Origin: Sandaracinaceae bacterium
GTDB taxonomy: Bacteria; Myxococcota_A; Polyangia; Polyangiales; Sandaracinaceae
Direction of reading: 5' to 3'
Length of the DNA: 11,093 nt
Assembly (NCBI GenBank): GCA_044220955.1
Contig: JBGAQA010000153.1
Coordinates: 1-11,093 of the forward strand
Position 1 is the stretch's first letter. The number at the start of each line of letters is the position of its first letter. The position numbers and the translations under genes were made by a program. The notes beneath the pieces are model-generated. The model did no database searches and was not told the origin of the DNA. It was given only the letters and a program-made list of their open reading frames with translations. Shown here in pieces: positions 1-7,916 of this stretch.

Positions 1-92
1 GCGAGAGCGAGGGCGAGGGCGAGGGCGAGGGCGAGGGCGAGGGCGAGGGCGAGGGCGAGGGCGAGGGCGAGGGCGAGTCCGAGCCCGAATCC
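1..92 (+). repeat. Tandem GAGnnC hexamer array (GAGAGC, 11x GAGGGC, GAGTCC, GAGCCC, GAATCC), truncated by the window edge
   Basis: Read directly: GAGAGC at 3-8, perfect GAGGGC x11 at 9-74, degenerate units at 75-92. Confidence 0.95.
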
Positions 93-96
93 GCGC

Positions 97-102
97 TACC
101 TT
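97..102 (+). promoter_or_regulatory. Putative -10 element (TACCTT) for def, possibly leaderless
   Basis: TAnnnT hexamer in very GC-rich DNA, 8 nt before ATG 111. No Shine-Dalgarno sequence in between. Confidence 0.35.
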
Positions 103-110
103 CCCGATCG

Positions 111-686
111 ATGACCATCCGCAAGATCGCCCTCGTCGGCCAGCCGGTCCTGCGCACGCGCGCGCGTGAGATCTCCGAAGCGGAGCTCCGCACGCCCGAG
201 ACGCAGCGCTTCATCGACGACCTCGTCGAGACGATGCGCGACGCGAACGGCGCTGGCCTCGCCGCCATCCAGATCTACGAGCCGATCCGGATCGTGGCGA
301 TGGAGGTGAAGGACAACCCTCGGTACCCGTACAAGCCGAAGATCCCCCTGACGATCCTCGTGAACCCGGTGCTCGACGTGCTCGGCGACGAGTCGTTCAT
401 GAACTACGAGGGCTGCCTGAGCGTGCCGAACCTCCGCGGCAAGGTGCGCCGCCACGCGCGCCTGCACGTGCGTGCGATGGACCGCCACGGCGCGCCGATC
501 GACACGACGATCGCTGGCATCACCGCAGGCACCTACCAGCACGAGGTCGACCACCTCGACGGCAAGATCTTCCTCGACCGGGTCGAGGATCCGACGACGC
601 TCACGACCTGGGAGAACTTCGAGCGACACCACCAGGCGGCGTTCGCCGAGGACGTGAAGCGCGTCGTGGCGCAGTACGGGAGCTGA
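111..686 (+). CDS. def: Peptide deformylase
   Basis: 191 aa with all three PDF motifs (GAGLAAIQ, EGCLS, QHEVDHLDG) and N-terminal GQPVLR. Confidence 0.97.
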   Translation: MTIRKIALVGQPVLRTRAREISEAELRTPETQRFIDDLVETMRDANGAGLAAIQIYEPIRIVAMEVKDNPRYPYKPKIPLTILVNPVLDVLGDESFMNYEGCLSVPNLRGKVRRHARLHVRAMDRHGAPIDTTIAGITAGTYQHEVDHLDGKIFLDRVEDPTTLTTWENFERHHQAAFAEDVKRVVAQYGS

Positions 687-710
687 GACCTCGCTCTCGC
701 CCTCGCTCCC
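687..710 (-). repeat. Short inverted hexamer array (GACCTC GCTCTC GCCCTC GCTCCC, i.e. GAGnnC on the minus strand)
   Basis: Starts immediately after the def TGA (684-686) and fills most of the 27-bp gap before the convergent stop at 714-716. Confidence 0.8.
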
Positions 711-713
711 GGC

Positions 714-2891
714 TCAGGCCCCACCCGGGATTGCCGCAGCGGCCGCTGGCGGGATCGTCGGCACAGGCAGCCCGGTGACGCTCGCGGCGCCGCCCGGCAC
801 GAGGCCGAGGTTCGACGCGATCCCCGCGAACAGGCCGGGCCAGGCGACGGGCATCGGGATCACGAACGTTCCGCCGTCCTGGTCGAGCAGCGTGTGCACG
901 TCGGCGCTCGCCGTCGCGTCGCCATTCAGGCAATTGGGCCGAACGATCGCCTGCGCGCCCACGCCGTCGCTCATCACCACGCTGCACTGGCCGGCGCACG
1001 TGCGCGCCGCGTCGAGCACGATGAAGTTCTGGTCGCCGGCGGTGATCGTTCCGTCGCCGTCGTCCCCGAAGTCGACCGAGTGCGCGCCGCCGTCGGTCGA
1101 CACCACGCGGACGTCGTCGGCGCGGCCGTCGGCGCGGATCAGCGTGCCCGAGAGCATCGAGCCGGCGACGAAGCCGTCTGCATCGACGAACGCGAGCGCG
1201 ACGCCGTGGGCGCCGCGGATCTCGGTGTGGATCACGCTCAGCTCCGCGCCGGTGTGCGCCTCGGCGCCGGCGGCCCCCGTGTCGTGGATCACGCCGTCCT
1301 GCAGCCGCACGCGCACGCCCGCGCCCTCGGCCACCACGCCGACGAGCGCGCCGTCGATCGCGACGCTCCGCAGCGTGATCGCCGTGGCGTCGCTCGTGAC
1401 GTAGATCCCCGACTGCGTCGCGCCCACGAAGGTGCCGCCGTCGATCGTGAGCGCTGCGTGGTCCTCGGCCTGGACCGCGAAGCGCCCGCCGGTGATGGTG
1501 AGCCCGGTCGCGTGCAGCGTCGCACCGCCCTCTTCGGCCACGCCGACCGAGTCCGCCGCCGGCGTGATCGCGATCCCGTCGAGCGTCGCCGTCGCCGTGT
1601 CACGGCTGGCGACGCCGGCCGTGGTGGTCCCACTCGTCGTGAAGCCCGCACCGGCCAGCGTGAGGGCGGAGGCGCCTGAAGCGAGCGCGCCGATCGCTCC
1701 GCCCGTGAGGCCGATCGTGGCGCCCATCGACACGATGCTGCTGTCCTGGACCGCGAGGTGGATGCTGCCGGCGCCTGCCGTGGAGGTGAGCGCGACGCCA
1801 CCGCTCGCGAAGGTGACCGCGCCGGCGGTTCCCATCGTGGGGTGGGGCGCGCTGACGACCCCGTACGGGACGTTGGTCGCGCTCGCCGCCGGGATGGTCA
1901 TCGTGTTGCCTGCTTCGACGGAGAGAGCCCCGCCGAAGAGCCCGAGCGAGACGATGTCGTGGCCCGTGAAGGTGCTGCCGCGCACCACCGCGTGCTCGAC
2001 TCCCTGGAATTCGATCCCGAACGACTCGTCGCCGCTGCCCTCGATCAGCGCGTCCTCGATCGTGACGCTGCCGCCCGACAGCAGGCTTCCCGTGTAGCGC
2101 GGCGCCCCGGTGAGCACGACGGGGACGAGCGAGTGGAAGCGCGAGCCGCGGATCTGCACGTCGCGGGCCGTGTCGGTCGTGTCCTCGATGCCGATCGCGA
2201 ACGAGAGCGCGTGCAGCTCGCCGCCCTGCATGTTCACCACGCGCGGGCGGCCGCGGATGCCGATGCCCGCGCCGCTTCCGTCGACGTCGAGGTCGGTCAG
2301 CAGCAGCGTGGTGCCCGAGCCCGAGAGAACGCCCACGCCGAGGGAAGGACCGCTTCCGTCCGCGCGCCGGGTCCCGCTCGCGAAGTCCGAGCTCTGCACC
2401 TCGAGCGTCGCTCCTCCGTCCACGAGCGTGGCGACGAGCACCGACTCGATCCGGACCGAGCGCAGCGTGGTGTGCCCCGCGCGCGCCACCACGCCGTAGA
2501 CGCAGCCTCGGACGACCAGCGACTCGAGCGTCACCGCGGCCGTCCCTGCGGTCACGACCACACCGCTCGCGTCGATCGTCGGGTAGCGATCGACGCCGCT
2601 GTCGACGCCGGTCGCGACGAGGCAGCTGCCCGCGGGGCCCGAGAGGGTGCTCGCGAGGCCGCCCGACGCGTCGGTCGCGCCGCGGAGCGTGACCGTGCGC
2701 GAGATGGGCGCCCGGGGGGGCGCGATCTCGCCGACGGGGAGGCAGATGGTCGCGCCCTCGGGGACCCGCGCGATCACGTCGTCGATCGACTCCCGGCCCG
2801 AGAGGGCGACGCAGTCGCCGCTGCCCGACGGGCCGCAGGCGAGCGCGCCGCAGAGCGCCAGCGCCGCGTGGAGGGCCCCTCTCAGCTGCAT
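714..2891 (-). CDS. Putative lipoprotein with right-handed parallel beta-helix (pectin-lyase-like) repeats, about 725 aa
   Basis: C-terminal part of ORF 714..3980. ATG at 2891 gives MQLRGALHAALALCGALAC (lipobox-like ALAC, Cys19). SIDDVIARVPEGATICL resembles a beta-helix N-cap. It is followed by many G/A/V/T/I-rich beta-strand repeats (e.g. VTIEDALIEGS, LTIDGGTFVGATQSGIYV). The start overlaps the upstream stop by 10 nt. Confidence 0.75.
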   Translation of the reverse strand: MQLRGALHAALALCGALACGPSGSGDCVALSGRESIDDVIARVPEGATICLPVGEIAPPRAPISRTVTLRGATDASGGLASTLSGPAGSCLVATGVDSGVDRYPTIDASGVVVTAGTAAVTLESLVVRGCVYGVVARAGHTTLRSVRIESVLVATLVDGGATLEVQSSDFASGTRRADGSGPSLGVGVLSGSGTTLLLTDLDVDGSGAGIGIRGRPRVVNMQGGELHALSFAIGIEDTTDTARDVQIRGSRFHSLVPVVLTGAPRYTGSLLSGGSVTIEDALIEGSGDESFGIEFQGVEHAVVRGSTFTGHDIVSLGLFGGALSVEAGNTMTIPAASATNVPYGVVSAPHPTMGTAGAVTFASGGVALTSTAGAGSIHLAVQDSSIVSMGATIGLTGGAIGALASGASALTLAGAGFTTSGTTTAGVASRDTATATLDGIAITPAADSVGVAEEGGATLHATGLTITGGRFAVQAEDHAALTIDGGTFVGATQSGIYVTSDATAITLRSVAIDGALVGVVAEGAGVRVRLQDGVIHDTGAAGAEAHTGAELSVIHTEIRGAHGVALAFVDADGFVAGSMLSGTLIRADGRADDVRVVSTDGGAHSVDFGDDGDGTITAGDQNFIVLDAARTCAGQCSVVMSDGVGAQAIVRPNCLNGDATASADVHTLLDQDGGTFVIPMPVAWPGLFAGIASNLGLVPGGAASVTGLPVPTIPPAAAAAIPGGA

Positions 2892-4039
2892 GTGCCGTCC
2901 GTCCTGCACGTCGTCGGGGCGGGGCACACGCTCGCGTCGAGGCGGCAGTCGAGCTGGCAGTAGCCGCCGCCCAGGTTGCACACCTGGCCGCTCGGGCACG
3001 GCGTCGAGGCGTCGCACCCGGCGAAGCAAGCGCCCGTGTGCACCACGGTCTGGAGCCAGCGTGACGTCGCGCCGGGGATCATCCCCGTCACGCAGTGCTG
3101 GTTCGGGCCGCACGGGTCCGGCATCCCCTCGAACGCCGACGTGTTGCAGAAGCGCATCGCGCAGGTGCCTCCGTTGCACAGGCCGTAGCCGAAGGGGCTC
3201 GGGCAGTCGTCGTTGCGCGTGCAGCGGTCGCCGACGTGCGCAGCGGGGTTGCCGCTCACGTAGGCATGATCGTTGAACCACGCGCAGTGGCCCGTCGTGC
3301 TCAGGCCGCCGGGGTCGGCGTCGAAGGGAACACAGATCTGTCCGTTCAAGCAGGCGCCACCGGCGCGCGGTCCCGTGGCGTCGATGCCCGGCGTGCAGCT
3401 CCGCGCGCACGCGAAGGTGAGCACGTCCGCGCGATCGTCGAGCGACTCCCCGACGCACGCCTCGCCGCTCGCGCACGCATAGCTTCCGCCGCGGTCGCAG
3501 TCGTCCTCTTGGCAGCGGCCTGCGAAACAGCTGCCACGCGGCGGCCGGCAGTCGGCGTCCGTGGTGCAGTCGTCGTCGACGTGCGCGCCGGGGTTGCTCC
3601 CCGTGATGCAGTCGCCGGTCGTCGCGTCGCAGTACCCGCTGTCGCAGATCGCGTCGTCGCATCGGAACGCGGTGCACAGGCCGTCGTAGCGGCACCCGTA
3701 GTAGGCCGACGTGTCCGTCCCGCAGGCGGTCTGCACGTCCACGGTCCGGTCGCAGGCACGGAGGCAGCTGAAGATCCACCCCGTCGCGGTGGCGTCGCTG
3801 GGGCCGCAGCGCGATCCGCCGGGGCAGTCGTCGTCGACGGTGCAGCGCCGCGTACACACGTGGTCGAGGTCGACGATCGACACGATCGAGCTGCACGTCA
3901 GGCCGAGGGCGCAGGACTGGTCCCCCGTGCAGCGCGCGCCGACGCCCCCCGGGCTCGCGCCGGGCTCTGCGCTCCGGCATCCGGCGATGCCGGTCGCGAG
4001 CGCGAGCAGCGCCAAGGATCGTCCGATGGTGGATCGCAA
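2882..4039 (-). CDS. Cysteine-rich (disulfide-rich) lipoprotein, about 385 aa
   Basis: C-terminal part of ORF 2882..6478. TTG at 4039 is preceded by an SD-like GGGAGGGG (alternative start GTG 4057). Signal MRSTIGRSLALLALATGIAGC has lipobox IAGC. I count 45 Cys, with repeated CTxDxDC motifs. Confidence 0.8.
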   Translation of the reverse strand: MRSTIGRSLALLALATGIAGCRSAEPGASPGGVGARCTGDQSCALGLTCSSIVSIVDLDHVCTRRCTVDDDCPGGSRCGPSDATATGWIFSCLRACDRTVDVQTACGTDTSAYYGCRYDGLCTAFRCDDAICDSGYCDATTGDCITGSNPGAHVDDDCTTDADCRPPRGSCFAGRCQEDDCDRGGSYACASGEACVGESLDDRADVLTFACARSCTPGIDATGPRAGGACLNGQICVPFDADPGGLSTTGHCAWFNDHAYVSGNPAAHVGDRCTRNDDCPSPFGYGLCNGGTCAMRFCNTSAFEGMPDPCGPNQHCVTGMIPGATSRWLQTVVHTGACFAGCDASTPCPSGQVCNLGGGYCQLDCRLDASVCPAPTTCRTDGTCS

Positions 4040-4060
4040 GGCGAGGACCCCTCCCACGCC

Positions 4061-4089
4061 ATCTTCCGAGGGGCGTTCGCCGCGGTCAA
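4061..4089 (-). promoter_or_regulatory. Putative sigma70-like promoter TTGACC-N17-GAAGAT for the lipoprotein operon
   Basis: Minus-strand TTGACC (4089-4084), exactly 17 nt spacer, GAAGAT (4066-4061). The predicted TSS falls at about the SD-like element. Confidence 0.4.
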
Positions 4090-4093
4090 CCTG

Positions 4094-4099
4094 TATGCT
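4094..4099 (+). promoter_or_regulatory. Putative -10 element (TATGCT) for the kinase gene, possibly leaderless
   Basis: TAnnnT hexamer 6 nt before in-frame GTG 4106. No SD. Confidence 0.4.
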
Positions 4100-4105
4100 G
4101 CGTGC

Positions 4106-6568
4106 GTGAACGAACGCGACGCGGGCAAGGGGCCGCCGAGCGCGCTCGAGCGGACGCTCCACCTCGGCGGCGCGGAGTCGCGTCCCGCGTCGGTTTCTGT
4201 CGGTGAGGTGAGCGCTGGCGCGCTCGATCACACGGTCGACGTGTCGCAGTCCGCCGGCTCGAGCGCGATGCCGGTGACGGCGGTGCACGGACCGGCGGCA
4301 GTGCCGGCGGCGGTGCCGGCGCTGCCCGCGAGCATCTCGCGCTACGTGATCGCCGAAGAGCTCGGGCGCGGGGCGCAGGGCGTCGTGGTCCGGGCGCGCG
4401 ACGGCATCCTCGAGCGCGACGTGGCGCTGAAGATCACGCACTCGGGCGAGAGCGGTAGTGACTCGATCTCGCGGTTCGTGCGCGAGGCCCGGACGATGGC
4501 GCGCATGACGCACCCCAACATCGTGCCGGTCTACGACGCGGGCGTCCTGCCCGACGGGCGGGCGTTCTACTCGATGCCGGTGCTGCCGAACCGGACGTTT
4601 CGCGACGTGCTCGACGAGCGGAACACCGGCACCGACGACGCCGAGCACGCCCTGGTGCGGCTCTTGCGTTCGTTCTCGAGCGTCTGCATGGGGATCGAGG
4701 CCGCCCACGCCGCCGGGGTCCTCCACCGCGATCTGAAGCCCGCGAACCTCGTCTACGGAACGCGCGGCGAGATCATGGTCGGCGACTTCGGGCTCGCGCG
4801 CGCGCTCGACGCGATCACGCGCAACACGGGCGTCACCGTCGGGACGCCGCTCTACATGTCTCCAGAGCAAGCGCGCGGCGCGGCCGACGTCGGGCCGGCG
4901 ACGGACGTCTACGCGCTCGGCGTCATCCTCTACGAGATCCTGACCGGCGGGCTGCCGCTGGTGCGCTCGACGTTCATCGAGCAGGTGCTGGCGCTCGTCG
5001 ACGTGGCCCCGGACCCGCCGACCCCGCGCTTTCCGGGGCTGATCGTGCCGCCGGACCTCGCGGCGCTGGCGATGCGCTGCCTGGCCAAGAGCCCGGCCGA
5101 GCGGCCTGGGAGCGCGCGCGTGCTCGTGGACGAGGTCGACGCGTGGCTCGAGGGGCGCCACGAGCGCGACCGTCGCAAGGCCGAGGTGGAGCGCCTCTTG
5201 GGCTGTGCGCGCCACGCGCTGGCCGAGAGCGCGAGGGGCCGCGCGACCATCGTTGCGGATCGACGCGACGTGCTCGATCGGCTCGCGGCGCTGCCGGAGC
5301 ACGCCAGCATCGAGCGCAAGGCGCCCGTGTGGCGCGAGCTCGACGCGGTCGAGGGGCGCTCGCGCGAGCTGCGGCGTGCGGAGGACGACGCGATGGTGCT
5401 GCTCGAGTCTGCCTTGCGCGTGGAGCCCTCGAGCGCGCCGGTGCGCAAGCTGCTCGCCCAGCTGCACCTCGCGCGGATGGCGCGCTGCGAGGACCAGCGG
5501 GACCGCGACGGAGCGCTCGAGGAGGCGCGGCGCGCGCGCGGCGCGGATCCCGAGACGAGCGCGCAGGTGCTCGATCGGACCGGCTGGTTGCGCCTCGTGC
5601 TCGCGGGGGCGAGCTACTTCGACCTCGACGTGTTCGAGGAGCGCGACCGGACGCTGGTCCCCGTGGCCGTGCGCGCGTCGATCCCGGGCGGCGAAGCGAT
5701 CGCGGTGGCGCCGGGGAGCTACCGCGTGCGGGCGCGCTCGCCGGGCGGCGTCGAGGTGGTGCTGCCTCTCTTCTTCCGTCGCGGCGACGAGCTCGCCCTC
5801 GCGCTCGACGTGGCGCCCGCCGATCGCGCGCCGCCGGGCTTCGTGTACGTGCCGGGCGGGCCGGCGCTGCTCGGGGGCGACGCGGAGTCGCCGTACTCGG
5901 ACCCGGAGCGCGAGGCGGCCGTTCCCGGCCTCTACGTGATGCGCGATCCGGTCTCGTGCGGCGACTACGCGGAGTTCCTCGAGGCCCTCGCGCTCCGCGA
6001 TCCGGCCGAGGCGCTGGCGCGCGCGCCGCGCGTCTCGAACGACGCGGCGCCGTACTGGAGGCTCGAGGACGGGCGCATCGTGCTGCCGCGTGCCGACGAG
6101 CAGGGCGACGAGTGGCGCGCGGACTTCCCCGTGCTCAGCATTTCGGCGCTCGACGCCGAGGCGTTCGCGGCGTGGAGAACGGTGATCGAGGGCCGCTCGC
6201 TGCGGCTGCCGACGGACGTGGAGTGGGAGCGGGCAGGGCGGGGCGCCGACGGTCGCACCTACCCGTGGGGGCACCACTTCGATCCGGCGTTCTGCAAGAT
6301 GCGGCTCTCCCGGCCCGGTGATCCTTCGCCCGAGCCGATCGGCAGCTTCCCTACGGACGTGTCGGTCTTCGGCGTGCGCGACCTCGCGGGCGGCGTCGCC
6401 GAGTGGACCGCCTCGCCCTACCGCAGCGACCCGGCGCAGCGCTCGGTGCGCGGCGGCTCGTGGGGCACGCGGGCGCACCGCTGCGCGCTGACGTTCCGCG
6501 GCATCGCGACGGCCGACACGCCGAGCTCCGACCTCGGCTTCCGTCTGGTGCTGAGCCTGAGCGACTGA
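4106..6568 (+). CDS. Hanks-type Ser/Thr protein kinase fused to a C-terminal formylglycine-generating-enzyme (FGE/SUMF1) family domain, about 820 aa
   Basis: Kinase motifs: ELGRGAQGVV, VALK, HPNIV, HRDLKPAN, DFGLAR, GTPLYMSPEQ, DVYALG. FGE-family motifs: FVYVPGG, RLPTDVEWE, YPWG, DLAGGVAEW, RGGSW, GFRL. Start uncertain (GTG 4106 or ATG 4268). The ORF-track extension to 3095 overlaps the antisense Cys-rich gene. Confidence 0.92.
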   Translation: MNERDAGKGPPSALERTLHLGGAESRPASVSVGEVSAGALDHTVDVSQSAGSSAMPVTAVHGPAAVPAAVPALPASISRYVIAEELGRGAQGVVVRARDGILERDVALKITHSGESGSDSISRFVREARTMARMTHPNIVPVYDAGVLPDGRAFYSMPVLPNRTFRDVLDERNTGTDDAEHALVRLLRSFSSVCMGIEAAHAAGVLHRDLKPANLVYGTRGEIMVGDFGLARALDAITRNTGVTVGTPLYMSPEQARGAADVGPATDVYALGVILYEILTGGLPLVRSTFIEQVLALVDVAPDPPTPRFPGLIVPPDLAALAMRCLAKSPAERPGSARVLVDEVDAWLEGRHERDRRKAEVERLLGCARHALAESARGRATIVADRRDVLDRLAALPEHASIERKAPVWRELDAVEGRSRELRRAEDDAMVLLESALRVEPSSAPVRKLLAQLHLARMARCEDQRDRDGALEEARRARGADPETSAQVLDRTGWLRLVLAGASYFDLDVFEERDRTLVPVAVRASIPGGEAIAVAPGSYRVRARSPGGVEVVLPLFFRRGDELALALDVAPADRAPPGFVYVPGGPALLGGDAESPYSDPEREAAVPGLYVMRDPVSCGDYAEFLEALALRDPAEALARAPRVSNDAAPYWRLEDGRIVLPRADEQGDEWRADFPVLSISALDAEAFAAWRTVIEGRSLRLPTDVEWERAGRGADGRTYPWGHHFDPAFCKMRLSRPGDPSPEPIGSFPTDVSVFGVRDLAGGVAEWTASPYRSDPAQRSVRGGSWGTRAHRCALTFRGIATADTPSSDLGFRLVLSLSD

Positions 6569-6572
6569 CCGG

Positions 6573-7811
6573 CTACTCGCGCGTGCTGGCGCGCGCCGGG
6601 CCGGCCGCCGGCTCGAGCAGTGCCGCCACGCGGTCGAGGATTCGGTCGGCCGTGTCGCGCTTGGCGAGCGTGCCGAGCTTGGTGACGCCCTTCTTGTCGA
6701 CGAAGGCGACGTCGCTCGCGTCGCCCTCGAAGGCGACCGACGCGTGGTTGGCCACGATCAGGTCCGCGCCCTTGGACGCGAGCTTCTTCTTCGCCGACTC
6801 GAGCAGCTTCTCCGTCTCGACGGCGAAGCCCACGAGCACGGGGCGGCGACTCCGCGCGGCCTTCCGATCGGCGCCGAGCGTCGCGAGGATGTCGGGGTTA
6901 CGCACCAGCTCCACGGTGCGCGCCTCGTCGCCCCTGGGCTGCTTCTTCTGCTTCGAGGAGGCGACCTCGCGCGGACGGAAGTCGGCCACCGCGGCGGCCA
7001 TGATGACCGCGTCGGCCCCGTCCTCGGGTCCGAGCCGGAGCTCGATCGCGTCCTGCATCTCGAGCGCCGTCTTCACGCGGATGAGCTCGACGCCGCTCGG
7101 CACCGGGAGGGACACCGGACCGCTGACCAGGATGACGCGCGCGCCCCGGTCGGCGGCGCGCGCGGCGATGGCGTAGCCCATCTTGCCGCTCGAGCGGTTG
7201 CCCACGAAGCGGACCGGATCGATCGGCTCGTGCGTCGGTCCCGCCGACACGAGGATCGTCGCGCCGGCGAGATCCTTGCGGCTGAGCGCGTGGATCGCGG
7301 CCTCTGCGATCCGCTCGGGCTCGGCCATGCGGCCGGCGCCCTCGTCGCCGCTCGCGAGGGCGCCGTGCACGGGTCCGACGAAGGCGACGTCGCGCTGGCG
7401 CAGCGTCTCGACGTTCTCTTGCGTCGCCGGGTGCTCCCACATGCGCGTGTGCATCGCCGGGGCGACGGTGACCTGGCCGCGCGCGCAGAGCAGCGTCGCG
7501 CTCACGATGTCGTCCGCGAGCCCGTGCGCCATCTTCGCGAGCACGTTCGCGGTCGCGGGCGCGACCAGCAGCAGGTCGGCCCACGCGGCGAGCTCGACGT
7601 GGGCCTCACCCCCCGATGCGTCGCTGAGATCGACGATCGGCGTGCTGCCGAGCAAGCCGGCGAAGGTGAGCGGTCCGACGAAGCGCTGCGCGCTCGCGGT
7701 CATGGCGACCCGCACCTCCGCGCCCCGGCGCACCAGCTCGCGAGCGATGATGGGGGCCTTGTAGGCGGCGATGCCGCCGGTGACGAGCAGGGCGATGCGC
7801 GGCGGGGTCAT
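6573..7811 (-). CDS. coaBC: Bifunctional phosphopantothenoylcysteine decarboxylase / phosphopantothenate-cysteine ligase
   Basis: 412 aa. CoaC motifs: VTGGIAAYK, HVELA, VAPATAN, PAMHTRMW, LASGDEGAGRM (this last one has S where the canonical LACGDxGxGR has the catalytic Cys). CoaB motifs: SAGPTHEPIDPVRFVGNRSSGKMG, AAAVADF, NPDIL, GFAVET, DLIVAN. Confidence 0.97.
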   Translation of the reverse strand: MTPPRIALLVTGGIAAYKAPIIARELVRRGAEVRVAMTASAQRFVGPLTFAGLLGSTPIVDLSDASGGEAHVELAAWADLLLVAPATANVLAKMAHGLADDIVSATLLCARGQVTVAPAMHTRMWEHPATQENVETLRQRDVAFVGPVHGALASGDEGAGRMAEPERIAEAAIHALSRKDLAGATILVSAGPTHEPIDPVRFVGNRSSGKMGYAIAARAADRGARVILVSGPVSLPVPSGVELIRVKTALEMQDAIELRLGPEDGADAVIMAAAVADFRPREVASSKQKKQPRGDEARTVELVRNPDILATLGADRKAARSRRPVLVGFAVETEKLLESAKKKLASKGADLIVANHASVAFEGDASDVAFVDKKGVTKLGTLAKRDTADRILDRVAALLEPAAGPARASTRE

Positions 7812-7818
7812 CGCGGCG

Positions 7819-7827
7819 GTGGTAGCA
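7819..7827 (-). promoter_or_regulatory. Putative extended -10 (TGC-TACCAC) for coaBC, possibly leaderless
   Basis: Minus strand reads TGCTACCAC-N7-ATG. The last base deviates from the consensus T. No SD. The context resembles that of def (GCTACC...CGATGACC in both). Confidence 0.25.
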
Positions 7828-7916
7828 CGAGGTCCAGGGGGGGTGAGGCAGGGGTGTGAGCGAGAGCGAGGCGGGGCGCGGCTCCCTCGGCCACGAGGGT
7901 GGGAAAGCGTTGGGTC

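Noticed and set aside
3..110. (Glu-Gly)n N-terminal extension of Def
   Set aside because: The array is in frame with def and has no stop, so this cannot be fully excluded. However, ATG 111 gives a normal PDF N-terminus with a -10-like element just upstream, and the sister arrays are intergenic.
2882..4039. TraA kin-recognition receptor
   Set aside because: Cys-rich, but it has an N-terminal lipobox, no recognisable PA14-like domain or MYXO-CTERM tail, and no adjacent OmpA-domain traB.
2892..6478. Long N-terminal extensions of ORFs 714..3980, 2882..6478 and 3095..6568
   Set aside because: They are Arg/Ala-rich off-frame or antisense readthrough typical of high-GC DNA and overlap better-supported genes. 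Starts were trimmed using signal peptides and motifs.
6400..6568. FGE/CLec C-terminus as a DGR variable region
   Set aside because: The fold is a known DGR target, but I saw no template repeat, RT or avd gene in the window.
7837..7843. G7 tract upstream of coaBC as a phase-variation switch
   Set aside because: Short for a contingency locus, in GC-rich DNA, and upstream of an essential gene.
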